64,000 nucleotides of DNA from Somniosus microcephalus (lineage: Eukaryota): NCBI GenBank assembly GCA_052327205.1, contig CM126219.1, positions 67,890,001 through 67,954,000 of the forward strand, given 5' to 3'. The position numbers were made by a program, and so were the translations under genes. The notes beneath the pieces are model-generated. The model had not been told where the DNA came from and did not search any database. It saw nothing but the letters and a program-made list of their open reading frames with translations. Shown here in pieces: positions 37,669 to 50,200 of this stretch (positions are counted from its first letter, which is position 1; each line of letters opens with the position of its first letter).

Positions 37669-37872
37669 CTGCTGCCGTGGCTGCAGCTCTCACTCTCCCA
37701 CCCTGAAAGATTTCCTGCTACTTATTCAACACTTTTCAAACCCTTGACTTGTTCTTCACCTCTCCCTGCAGATTGTTCCACTTCCTGCTCCACACCAACA
37801 TGCGTCACTTCCTCATCAGCCCCACTCGCCCAGGTCCGAGCGCGTCATCTTTCAGGGCGGGGCGGGGCGGAG
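37669..37872 (-). promoter_or_regulatory. Probable SIKE1 promoter and non-coding first exon
   Basis: Three overlapping GC boxes gggcggggcggggcgg 37855-37870; ETS-CRE composite ggaagtgacgca (minus, 37812-37801); candidate donor cag|gtactg at 37669/37668. Confidence 0.6.
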
Positions 37873-38125
37873 CGAGGGGTGGCTCACTGAGTGTCTCCCA
37901 GGTCCTAGCGCTCCCTGATATCAACCCAATCATTCAATGTTTGCCAAGTCTTCAAGCCTGTGGACCATGCCTGCTGAGTTACGTGCCAAAGAAATACCTT
38001 GGGGTTTACACTCTGAATTCAAAGCTCCTTTATTCAAATTGCCTGTTAATTTGAAACAGAACAATGCAAGGCAGGAATAAAAGCAGAAAATGCTGGAAAG
38101 CACTCGGCAGGTCAGGCAGCCCAGA

Positions 38126-39275
38126 ATCATAGAATGGTTACAGCACAGAAGGAGGCCATTCGGCCCGTCGAGCCCGTGCCGGTTCTCTGCAAAAGCACTT
38201 CAGCTAGTCCCACTCCCCTGCCCTTTCCCCATAGCCCTGCAAATTTTTTTTCGTTCAGGTACTTATCCAATTCCCTTTTGAAAGCCACGATTGAATCTGC
38301 CTCCTCCACCCTTTCAGTCAGTGCATTCCAGATACTAACCACTCGCTGCGTAAAAAAGTTTCCCCCCATATCGCCTTTGGTTCTTCTGCCAATCACCTTA
38401 AATCTGTGTCCTCTGGTTCTCGACCCTTCTGCCAATGGGAACAGTTTCTCTCTATCTACTCTGTCTAGACCCCTCTTGATTTTGAACACCTCTACCAAAT
38501 CTCCTCTGCTCTAAGGTTGTTCTCCTTCTCTGCTCTAAGGAGAACAACCCCAGCTTCTCCAGTCTATCCACGTAACTGAAGTCCCTCATCCTTGGAACCA
38601 TTTTTGTAAATCTTTTCTGCCCCTCTCTAAGGCCTTCACATCCTTCCTAAAGTGCGGTGCCCAGAATTGGAAACAATACTCCAGTTGAGGCTGAACCAGT
38701 GTTTTATAAAGGTTCATCATAACTTCCTTGCTTTTGTACTCTATACCTTTACTTATGAAGCCTAGGATCCCATGTGCTTTTTTAACTGGTTTCTCAACTT
38801 GCCCTGCCACCTTCAACGATTTGTGCACATATACCCCCAGGTCTCTCTGTTCATACACCCCATTTAGAATTGTACCCTTTATTTTATATTGCCTCTCCTC
38901 GTTCTTCTTACCAAAATGTATCACTTTGCACTTTTCTGAATTAACTTTTCATCTGCCATGTGTCTGCCCATTCCACCAGCCTGTCTGTGTCCTCTTGAAG
39001 TCTATCACTATCCTCCTCATTGTTCACTGTACTTCCAAGTTTTGTGTCATCTGCAAATTTTGAAATTGTGCCCTGTACACCCAAGTCCAGGTCATTCATA
39101 TATATCAAGAAAAGCAGTGGTCCTAGTAACGACCCCGGGGAATACCACTGTATACCTTCCTCCAGTCCAATAAACAACCGTTCACCACTACTCTCTATTT
39201 CTTATCACTTAGCCAATTTCATATCCATGCTGCCACTGTCCCTTTTATTCCATGGGCTTGAACTTTGCTGGCAGC
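38126..39275 (-). mobile_element. 5'-truncated CR1 LINE
   Basis: SKFADDTKLG, QLEYCFQFWAPH, NFFTQRVVSIWNAL; tail at 38126; preceded by a Penelope pLTR scrap at ~38060-38125. Confidence 0.92.
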
Positions 39276-39304
39276 TGTGGAGAGAGAAACACACAAAGGC
39301 ACAC

Positions 39305-39930
39305 TAATCTCTCCCTTTGTTCCTTTGGTGATGATCTTAAATTTATGCCCACTAATTACTGGCTCATTGACCAGTGGAAATAACTTTTCCTGATTAACGT
39401 TATCAAATCATAATTTTGAACATCTTTATTAGATCTCCTCTTAAACTTCGCTGTTCGAATAAAAAGAGCTCCAGTTCTTCCTTATAACGAAATCCTCTCA
39501 GCCATGGTGTCATATTAGTGAGTCTCTTCTGCACGGCCTTGACATCCTTCCTAAAGTAAAGCGCCCAAAGCTAGACACAATATTCGAAATGTGGCCTAAT
39601 AAATGACTTGTATTGGTTTAGCTTTACATCTTTGCTTTTGTGCTGTACGCCCATATTTATAAAGCTGAGGATCTTACACAGCCTTCCGTAAACTTTAAAA
39701 CATTTATATATCTGAATGCCAAATCTAAAATTTTACCATTTTGTATATATGTCATTTCCTCATTCTTTCCCCCCAAAATATATCGCCTTACTTTTCTCCA
39801 CATTAAATTTCATCTGACATCTATCTCTCCAATCTACAAACCTGTCTATATCCTCCTGAAATTACTTACAGTCCTCTTCACAGGTAATCATGTTTTTGTC
39901 TTGTCTGCAAATTTTGACTTTGTACCTCCA
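39305..39930 (-). mobile_element. Older, decayed CR1 fragment
   Basis: Degenerate similarity to 38380-39080 (gacatccttcctaaag, tctgcaaattttga). Confidence 0.6.
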
Positions 39931-40220
39931 CACACACAGAGCACAGAGCGGTCTGCACAGAGCGGGATTAAACGGAGTGGACTTGAATAGAGTGCTTTGG
40001 TTGGGAATTTGGAAAGAGTGGGAATTCAGAGACGAGGGGGAAGGAGTTGTTGCTTTTTGCCTACACTACTTGTAATGCTTTGTGTTACAGGTAGATATTT
40101 AATTGCAGTTCCCTTAACTTAATCTAGATCAAGTAAATAGTCAGGAAACTACACTGTAAACTAAGTTACCTAATTACAAATTTAATTAAATGTAATTAAA
40201 TAAATCAAGGTCATATAGGG

Positions 40221-41015
40221 ATGGCAGTGCAGGCGGTGTGCCACAACTGCAGCATGTGGGAGTTTGTGGAGAGCGTTGTGATCCCGGACAACCACGTTTG
40301 CAGTAAGTGCTTGCATCTTGAGGAACTTCAACTCAGAGTTTTTGAGCTGGAGCCTGAGGTGCAGACATTGTGGGGCATCAGGGATGGGGAGAGTTACCTG
40401 GACACTTTGATCCAGGAGGCAGTCACACCCCTTAGGTTAGGTAGGGGTACAGGTCTGGTTAGTGGTCAGGGACAGGAGGGTGTGACTGCAACTCAGGCAG
40501 GTAAGGGGACCCCAGGTGCAGTGCTGGAGGAGCCTCAGCCTTTGCCCTTGTCCAACAGGTATGAGGTTCTTGTTGCCTGTGTGGATGAGGGAAAAGCCTG
40601 CAGGATGGATGAGCAAGCTGACCATGGCACCATGGTGCAGGTGGCCATTCAAGTGGGGGGAGTGAAAGGGAATGTAGTTGTGGTAGGGGACAGTATAGTC
40701 AGGGAGATAGATACTGTTCTCTGCAGCCGCGACGGAGAGTTCCGAAGGTTGTGTTGCCTGCCCGGTGCCAGGATTAAAGACATCTCCTCATGGCTGGAGA
40801 AGAACTTGGAGTGGGAGGGGGAGGATCCAGTTGTCGTGGTCCACGTAGGAACCAATGACATCGGTAGAACTAGGAATGAGGTTCTGCTGAGGGAGTTTGC
40901 GGAGCTAGGATCTAAATTAAAAAGCAGAACCTCAAACGTAATAATCTCTAGATTGTTACCTGAGCCACGCGCAAATTGGCATAGGGACAAACAGATTAGA
41001 GGTTTAAATGTGTGA
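40221..41015 (+). pseudogene. CR1 ORF1: zinc finger/leucine zipper plus SGNH esterase, with premature stop
   Basis: CHNC...CSKC, heptad leucines, VVGDSI, HVGTND; TGA at 41013; the remainder is interrupted by the solo LTR. Confidence 0.88.
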
Positions 41016-41041
41016 CTCAAAAGAGTGGTGTGGAAGGAAGG

Positions 41042-41322
41042 TGTCTTGTTTTACACATTTTGTATAAAAATAATAAATTGCAGGACAACGGAGTATTACA
41101 GTTTAACTCTTTTATTAAGCATTAGGTCTGTGATCTTACTCCTAGCTGGTCAGTGGGGAAAAGCCTGGCATTAGGACCCCTAGCCTGTGTCTCCCAAACA
41201 ATAGTAGTCCTTACAGATGCCTGCAGGCCAATGACAACTCAGCATGTGATCACATGTGAATATAATAGGTATTCCTTACAGATGCCTGTGGGCCAATGAT
41301 AATTCAATATGCAAATGTTACA
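41042..41322 (-). mobile_element. Solo LTR (281 bp) inside CR1 ORF1
   Basis: TG...CA termini; 5-bp TSD gaagg at 41037-41041 and 41323-41327; minus-strand AATAAA near 41112; duplicated ccttacagatgcctg..ggccaatga. Confidence 0.85.
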
Positions 41323-42610
41323 GAAGGGGTTTCGATTCATGGGGCACTGGCACCAGTACTGGGGAAAGAGGGAGCTGTTCTGTTGGGACGGGCTCCACTT
41401 AACCCGGGCTAGGACCAGTGTCCTGGCAAATCAAATAACTAGGGCAGTAGACAGGGCTTTAAACGAATGAAGGGGGGAGCGGGGGGCGGGATGATTCGGG
41501 AAAGAGTAAATTTAAAAGCAGCAAGAGAAATGTCAAGGCTCTAGAGCAGATTGGAGTTTTGGGTAAAAATAAGCAGCGGGTCAGGAAGGGACAGAGCGAG
41601 GAACAAAGATAATAAGGCATCAGTGACTATGGTGACATCAGGTAAAAAGAGAAATAAGTCAAAGCTAAAGGCACTATATCTGAGTGCGCGAAGCATTCGC
41701 AACAAAATGGATGAATTAATAGCGCAGATAGAAATGAACAGGTTTGATCTAATAGCCATAATGGAGACGTGGTTGCAAAGTGGCCAAGGTTGGGAACTAA
41801 ATATTCCAGGATACATAACTTTTAGAAGAAATAGGCAAAGTGGAAAAGGAGGAGGGGTAGCCCTGATAATAAAGGATGGGATAAAGACAGTAGAGAGAAA
41901 GGATCTTAGCTCCGAAAATCAAGAAGTAGAATCAGTTTGGGTGGAGCTAAGAAACAGCAAGGGGCAGAAAACATTGGTGGGAGTTGTTTATAGGCCCCCA
42001 AACAGTAGTTGTAATGTAGGGCAGAGTATAAATCAGGAAATTAGAGGCGCATGTTACAAGGGTAATACATTAATCATGGGGGACTTTAAAACACATATAG
42101 ACTGAGCAAACCAATTTGCAGTAATAATGTGGAGGACGAATTCATGGAATGAATACAAGATAGTTTTCGAGATCAGTTTTTTGAGGAACCAACGAGGGAA
42201 CAGGCTATTTTAGATCTAGAATTGTGCAATGAGAAATTAATAACCTTGTAGTAAAGGGACCCTTAGGGAAGAGTAACCATAATATGATAGAATTTTATAT
42301 TGAGTTTGAAAGTGACTTCGTTAAATCCGAAACTAGGGTCTTAAATCTAAACAAAGCAAACTACGTAGGTATGAGGGGCGAGTTGGCTAAGGTAGATTGG
42401 GAAACGACATTAAAGGGTATGGCGGTGGAAGAGCAATGGCTAGCATTTAAAGAATTAATACATAATTTACAACAAATATGCATTCCTTTAAGGCACAAAA
42501 ACTCTACAGGAAAAGTGGTCCAACTGTGGCTAACAAGAGAAGTTAAAGGTAGTATTAGATTAAATGAAGAGGTTTAGAATAAGGAAATGGCAGAGAAATT
42601 AAACAAATAC

Positions 42611-43325
42611 ATGGAGGGGGGGGTGGGTTTCCCAGCCCTGAGGAGGTGGATTTGGAGGCGGGACTGCTGAGAAAATGGCAGAAACTGGGAGCGGGTTTTG
42701 GGACTTATCCCCATTTTGCCCCTGCAAGTGCAGGCTCCCCGACGGCTGCGAACCTTGCCAGGGTCAGCGAGGTGAGCAGTGGGTCTGCGGGGGTGAGAGG
42801 GATCAAAAAGTGCGCTGTGGAGGTGAGTGATGGGTGCAAGTGTGGAGAGGTAAGTGTGAGAGGTGAGTGTAAAGTGTTAGGAAAAGTTTACTTACCTTTG
42901 TTTCATCCTGCAGGCTTCAACCCTTGGGGATCCGGAGGTGCCTCATCTCAACAGCAGAGATGACAGAATGGTTGCTGATTTCTCAGATGCAGCAGCCATC
43001 TGATTTCTGCGGAGGAAAGAGGTTTTGGTGAGCCTTTGTGCAAGGACTCACTATAGAACAGAGATTATCAGTGTTTGACAGCTTCTCTAAGCTGTCAAAT
43101 GCTGACAATTCATCTGTCAAAAATTTTCGAGAGATGAATTGTCATACACTGATGTCCTCTGTCACCGGCCTTCCCGTAATTGGCCGAATAAATCCGCAGG
43201 GCGGGCTTAACAAGGTCAATCAAGGGAAAAGAGCGTGGGTTGGCCAGACGTTGTTGGAGGCGGAACTAAAACCCGACAACCAGCAGTCCCGCCCCCAACG
43301 CACCCCCGTTGATAAAATCCAGCCC
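42611..43325. mobile_element. Harbinger-type MITE (left end damaged) inside CR1
   Basis: Interrupts CR1 aaacaaatac|tttgtgtctg; right end aaaatccagccc; shares ggcgggcttaacaaggtcaat with ~52350-52370. Confidence 0.6.
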
Positions 43326-43720
43326 TTTGTGTCTGTCTTCACGGAAGACGCAAAAAACTTCCCAGAAATAGTGGGCCTAGCGAAAATGAGGAACGGAAAG
43401 ATATTAGTATTAGTAAAAAAGTAGTACTGGAGAAATTAATGGGACTGAAAGCCGGTAAATCCCCTGGACCTGATGGCCTACATCCTAGGGTTTTGAAAGA
43501 GTTGGCTTTAGAGATAGTGGATGCATTGGTTGTCATTTTCCAAAATTCCATAGATTCTAGAACGGTTCCCACAGATTGGAAGGTAGCAAATGTAACCCTA
43601 CTATTTAAGAAAGGAGGGAGAGGAAAACGGGGAACTACAGACCAGTTAGCCTGACATCAGTAGTAGGGAAAATGCTAGAATCTATTATTAAGGACGTGGT
43701 AACAGGGCACTTAGAAAATA

Positions 43721-45622
43721 CACAACACCAGGTTATAGTCCAACAGCTTTATTTGAAATCACAAGCTTTCGGAGCGCTGCTCCTTCTTCAGGTGAAGTGG
43801 AGAAATGCATAAAGACACAGCTTATATAGTCAGAGAATCATGTCAGATGTTTACAGGTAACCTTTCCAACTGCCATTTGTCACACCTCGGCAGAGAGATA
43901 ATCACAGCAGTCAAAGGTGTGAATGGTGTCCAAACAGGTCAGTCAGGGAAACATTACATCAAAGAACAATGAGGTGGGGTCACAAGGGGTCAAATATTGC
44001 AGATGCTGGGGTCTGTATGAAAAACACGAGCAAGACTTCTTCGCTGCACAGGACCTCCAACCAACGCTATACACCAGATACATCGACGACATTTTCTTCC
44101 TATGGACCTACGGCGAAGAATCACTGAAAAGACTACACGATAACATCAACAAGTTCCATCCCACCATCAAACTCACCATGGACTACTCCTCAGAATCAGT
44201 CTCATTCCTGGACACACGAATCTCCATCAAAGACGGACACCTCAGCACTTCACTCTACCGCAAGCCCACGGACAACCTCACGATGCTTCACTTCTCCAGC
44301 TTCCACCCTAACCACGTTAAAGAAGCCATCCCCTATGGACAAGCCCTGCGAATACACAGGATCTGCTCAGACGAGGAGGAACGCAATGGACACCTACAGA
44401 CACTGAAAGACGCCCTTGTAAGAACGGGATATGACGCTCGACTCGTCGATCGACAGTTCCGACGGGCCACAGCGAAAAATCGCATAGACCTCCTCAGAAG
44501 ACAAACACGGGACACAACCAACAGAGTACCCTTCGTCGTCCAGTACTTCCCCGGAGCGGAGAAACTACGCCATGTTCTTCGCAGCCTTCAACATGTCATC
44601 GATGACGACGAACACCTCGCTAAGGCCATCCCCATGCCGCCACTACTCGCTTTCAAACAGCCGCCTAACCTCAAACAGACCATCGTTCGCAGCAAATTAC
44701 CCAGCTTCCAGGAGAACAGCGACCACGACACCACACAACCCTGCCAAGACATGCCAGATCATCAACACAGATACCATCATCACACGTGAGGACACCACCC
44801 ACCAGGTACATGGTACATACTCATGTGACTCGGCCAACATTGTCTACCTCATACGTTGCAGGAAAGGATGCCCCGGAGCATGGTACATCGGCGAGACCAT
44901 GCAGACACTGCGACAACGGATGAACGGACACCGCGCAACAATCACCAGGCAGGAGTGTTCCCTCCCAGTCGGGGAACACTTCAGCAGTCAAGGACATTCA
45001 GCCTCCGATCTTCGGGTAAGCATTCTCCAAGGTGGCCTTCGAGACACACGACAACGCAAAATCGTCGAGCAGAAACTGATAGCCAAGTTCCGCACCCATG
45101 AGGACGGCCTTAACCGAGATCTTGGGTTCATGTCACGCTACATGTAACCCCACCTGATGCAGGGTCATCCAGACTCGAGTCGACATTGGCTTGTTCTCTC
45201 TACACAGATGCGGCCGGACCTGCTGTGATTTCCAGCCAAAAAAAATGTTTTTTGTCTGTTTTTTTGTTTTTCATACAGGCCCCAGCATCTGCAATATTTG
45301 ACCCCTTGTGACCCCACCTCATTGTTCTTTGATGTAATGTTTCCCTGACTGACCTGTTTGGACACCATTCACACCTTTGACTGCTGTGATTATCTCTCTG
45401 CCGAGGTGTGACAAATGGCAGTTGGAAAGGTTACCTGTAAACATCTGACATGATTCTCTGACTATATAAGCTGTGTCTTTATGCATTTCTCCACTTCACC
45501 TGAAGAAGGAGCAGCGCTCCGAAAGCTTGTGATTTCAAATAAAGCTGTTGGACTATAACCTGGTGTTGTGTGATTTCTTACATTTGTCCACCCCAGTCCA
45601 ACTCCGGCATCTCCACACCATG
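43721..45622 (+). mobile_element. Penelope-like element, 5'-truncated, with inverted pLTR
   Basis: RT RYIDDIFF and SFLD; GIY-YIG NIVYLIRC...WYIGET...GLNRD (to 45147); 307-bp inverted arms 43720-44026 and 45265-45571; 12-bp TSD acttagaaaata at 43709-43720 and 45623-45634. Confidence 0.96.
45497..45531 (+). ncRNA. Minimal hammerhead ribozyme motif in the pLTR (mirror copy on the minus strand at ~43760-43794)
   Basis: cac-CTGAAGA-a-ggagc-agc-gctcc-GAAA-gc-tt-gtg. Confidence 0.75.
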
Positions 45623-47230
45623 ACTTAGAAAATAATAATAGGATTGGGCAGAGTCAACATGGATTTATGAAAGGGGAACCATGTTTGACAAATCTGTTGG
45701 AGTTTTTTGAGGTTGTAACCAGCAGAATAGATAAGGGGGAACCAGTGGATGTGGTGTATTTGGGTTTTCAGAAGGCATTCGATAAGGTGCCACAAAAGAG
45801 GTTATTAAACAAAATTAGGGCTCATGAGATTGGGGATAATAGCATGGATTGAGGATTGGTTAACAGACAAAAAAAACAGAGAGTAGGAATAAACGGGTCA
45901 TTTTTGGGTTGGCAGGCTGTAACTAGTGGGGTACCGCAAGGATCAGTGCTTGGGCCTCAGCTATTCACAATCTACATCAGTGATTTAGATGAGGGGACCA
46001 AATGTAATATATCCAAGTTTGCTGATGATACAAAGCTGGGTGGGAATGTAAGTTGTGAGGAGGATGCAAGGAGGCTTCAAGGGGATATAGACAGCCTAAG
46101 TGAGTGGGCAAGAACATGGCAAATGGAATATAATGTGGAGAAATGTGAAGTTATCCACTTTGGTAGGAAAAATAGAAAAGCAGAGTTTTTTTTAAATGGT
46201 GAGAGATTGGGAAATGTTGGTGTTCAGAGGGACCTGGGTGTCCTTGTACATGAATCATTGCAAGTTAACATGCAGGTACAGCAAGCAATTAGGAAAGCAA
46301 ATGGTATGTTGGCCTTTATTACAAGAGGACTTGAGTATAAGAGTAAAGATGTCTGACTGCAATTATATAGGGCCCTGGTGAGACCACACCTGGAGTATTG
46401 TGTACAGTTTTGGTCTCCTTACCTAAGGAAGGATATACTTGCCATAGAGGGAGTGCAACAAAGGTTCACCAGACTGGTTCCTGGGATGGGGGGATTGTCC
46501 TATGAGGACAGATTGAGTAGACTAGGCCTATAATCTCTAGAGTTTAGAAGAATGAGAGGTGATCTCATTGAAACATACAACATTTTTACAGGGCTTGACA
46601 GGGTAGATGCAGGGAGAATGTTTCCCCAGGCTGGGAAGTCTAGAACCAGGGGTCACAGTCTCAGAATAAGGGGTCGGCCATTTAGGACTGAGATGGGGAG
46701 AAATTTCTTCACTCAGAGGGTGGTGAATCTTTGGAATTCTCTACCCTAGAGGGCTGTGGAGGCTCAGTCGTTGAGTATATTCAAGACAGAGATTGATAGA
46801 TTTTTGAATATTAAGGGAATCAAGGGATATGGGGATAGTGCAGGAAAGTGGAGATGGGGTTGAAGATCAGCCATGATCTTATTGAATGGTGGAGCAGGCT
46901 CGAGCGGCCGAATTGCCTATTCCTGCTCCTATTTCTTATGTTCTTATGTTCTTATGTAATGTCAGGGTAGGGGAATATCTAGGAAACACCGACCAGATCA
47001 TAATTAGTTTCAATATAAAAATTGAAAAGAGAGGGAACAGTCAAAGATAAAAAGTGAACCTTCGTTGAATTGCTTCTAAGGTAAGTATATCCTTCCTTAG
47101 ATAAGGAGACCAAAATTGTATACCGTACTCCAGGTGTGGTCACACCAAAGCTCTGTACAATTGTAGCAAGGCTTCCTTACTCTTGTACTCCAACCCCCTA
47201 GTAATAAAGGCCAACATGCCATTTGCCTTC

Positions 47231-50200
47231 TGTGGTGATTATTCTTTATGTTTAGTAAGAAGTATTGTGATTGGTTGTTTGTTTCCTGCCTTGGGATATA
47301 TGCTGTAATCTCATTGGTAGTTGATGTCATGTGATTTGTGGTGGCCATCTTAAATTCAGTTCTTTCCAGCCTTTAGTTGGGACTGGGTGTTGAAAGATGT
47401 GCTACAGGATTTTTAAGTTAATAAAGCCTAGATTAGAAAGGCAAATCTATTCTTTATTTCAATTTATTAACTTAATGTCAGAATGGAGCGATATCTTCAA
47501 CCAGAACGATTCAATGCTGACCCTAATTCTGCAGGAGTGGATGATAAATGGAAACATTGGTATTGTACATTTAAAAACTTTTTGGGCGTGTTGGATCAAG
47601 AGTCTCTAAATAAGCTGAATATGCTGATCAACTACATTGCTCCGGATGTGTATAAGTATATTTTGGACTGTAAAACTTACGAAGTGGCTATTTCTACATT
47701 GGAAAAGATTTTTGTTAAACCAAAGAATGAGGTATTTGCACGTCACCTTCTATCTGCCCGTAGGCAGCAGGTGGGAGAATCTTTGGATACTTATTTACAA
47801 GCACTTCGGTGCCTTAGTGTTAACTGTAATTATAAGGCCGTGACGGCTGAAGAATATAAGGAAGAATCGGTACGGGATGCTTTTATTAATGGATTACTGT
47901 CTAGATCAATTCGTCAGCGGTTGTTAGAAAATAAGACTTTGGATCTTAAGCGTGCTTTTGAGCAAGCTTCTACATTGGATGTGGCTCAGAGAAGTTCGGA
48001 TTCTTATGCTCTTTTTAATCGGCCTGTGACTGTGGTTTCAGCAGTTCTGGATGAAAAGGAATTATGTGGACTTAATAGGAGTGGTTTACTAGATTCTGAA
48101 ACAGTTTCTACTTCAGCGGCTGTTGCCTCTAGGATTCAGAAGTGTTATTTTTGTGGGAACGTCCGGCACCCTCGTCTGAAGTGTCCTGCTCAGGAGGCTG
48201 TGTGTAGTAAATGCGGCAAGAGAGGTCATTACGCACGTGTGTGTAAATCATCAGGCTCAATTACCTCCTCTGTGACTATTCAGCCTTTAGATAGGGCGTT
48301 TATTGCATCAATTTCTGCTGCATTTGCTCATGGCCTAAACAAAGCTATAGTTACGGCCCAAGTTAATGGGTTGGAAGTGAAGGCCCTTATAGATACGGGC
48401 AGTACCGAGAGTTTTATAAGTCTTCAGTTTGCAAAGGAGAAGCATTTGAAAATTTTGCCTGTTTCCTATCAGGTGTGTATGGCTCAGACGACTCTCACTT
48501 CACAAGTAGCTGGTTGTTGCCTTGTGAAATTGATTCTTCTAGGTAATACGTATACTGATATACGCCTATCTGTTTTGCCTAATCTCTGTGCGGATATTTT
48601 GATTGGTCATGATGTGCTTCAGTTACACGAGTCTCTCAGTCTTTCATTTGGCGGGACTAAGCCACCTTTATCTATTTGTGGATTAACCTCTTTATCCATT
48701 TCTCCATTATCACTTTTTTCCAATTTGATGCCGGATTGTAAGCCAATTGCTACCAAGTCAAGAAGGTATAGCAGTCAGGATAGAGAATTTATTAATTCTG
48801 AAGTTCAACGTCTCTTATTGGAAGGAATCATTGAACCTAGTTGTTCGCCTTGGCGGGCACAGGTAGTTGTCACGACTAACGAGAGACATAAGAAACGAAT
48901 GGTGATAGACTATTCCCAAACTATTAATAGGTATACTCAATTAGATGCGTACCCTTTGCCTAAGATTGATGAGCTTATCAATAAAGTATCTCAGTATAAG
49001 GTTTTTAGCACTATTGACCTAAAGAGTGCTTATCATCAGATTCCTATTGTTAAGAAGGATCAACCATATACGGTCTTTGAGGCTGGTGGAAAGCTGTATC
49101 AGTTTTGCCGAATACCATTTGGTGTTACTAATGGTGTTGCTTGTTTTCAACAGGCAATGGATGCTTTTATAAGTGATAACTCTCTCTCTGACACCTTTTC
49201 ATACTTAGATGACATCACGGTGTGTGGCAAATCAAGGGTGGAGCATGATTCTAATTTAGAAAGATTCCTTCAAGCTGTGGAAAAAGTTGGTTTAACTTTC
49301 AATAAAGAGAAGTGTACCTTTTCGACCACTGAGGTAAATCTACTGGGGTACATTATCTTGGGAAACAAGATTAAACCAGACCCAGAACGTCTGCGACCAT
49401 TGATTGATTTACCTTGTCCTACTAATTCTAAGGCTTTGCAACGAGTTGTTGGACTGTTTTCTTACTATTCTAATTGGATTGCAAATTTTTCACAGAAGAT
49501 CCGGCCTCTTATTCGGGTTACGACATATCCTCTATCATGGGAGGCCAGGACGTGTTTTGATAATTTTAAAAAGGATATCCTTGGAGCAGTTGTGCATTCT
49601 ATTGATGAGCAGGTTCCTTTTGTGATTGAGACGGACGCTTCTGATTTTGCAATTGGGGCTACTCTGAACCAAAATGGAAGACCTGTGGCCTTTTTCTCAC
49701 GTACCTTGAACAATAGTGAAAAAAGGCATTCTTCAATAGAGAAAGAGGCGTATGCAATAGTAGAAGCACTGCGTAAGTGTAGACATTATTTATCGGGGCG
49801 ACATTTTACGTTGGTAACTGATCAAAAGTCTGTGTCCTTTATGTTTGATGTCAAACATTTTGGAAAGATTAAGAATGACAAAATAATGAGGTGGAGGATT
49901 GAGTTGGCATGTTACCATTTTGATATAGTTTATCGTCCGGGGAAGGATAATGTTGCTGCTGATGCGCTGTCGAGGGCTTATTGTTCTGTGATTCACGGAG
50001 ATACACTTATTAATCTTCACAATGCCTTATGCCATCCTGGGGTTACGAGGATGATACACTTCGTACGCAGTAAGAATTTGCCCTTTTCAGTTGAAGACAT
50101 CAAGCGGATGACTTCATCATGTTCTATCTGTGCTCGGTGTAAACCGAATTTCTTTAAGCCTCAACGAGCTCATCTTATAAAGGCTACTTCTCCTTTTGAA

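Larger units (their letters stand above)
39935..46957 (+). mobile_element. Near full-length CR1 LINE hosting three nested insertions
   Basis: 5' UTR; ORF1 40221-41015; APE 41551-42577; RT 43439-43720 and 45623-46749; (ttcttatg)n tail at 46933-46957. Confidence 0.96.

Noticed and set aside
43923-44026. Novel N-terminal domain on the Penelope RT ORF (also ORF 45165-45368)
   Set aside because: It is the antisense pLTR arm fused in frame by the 5' inversion, and starts at GTG
43720-45571. DNA transposon or DIRS element with long TIRs
   Set aside because: The interior encodes Penelope RT plus GIY-YIG, and the asymmetric tail and hammerheads indicate an inverted pLTR
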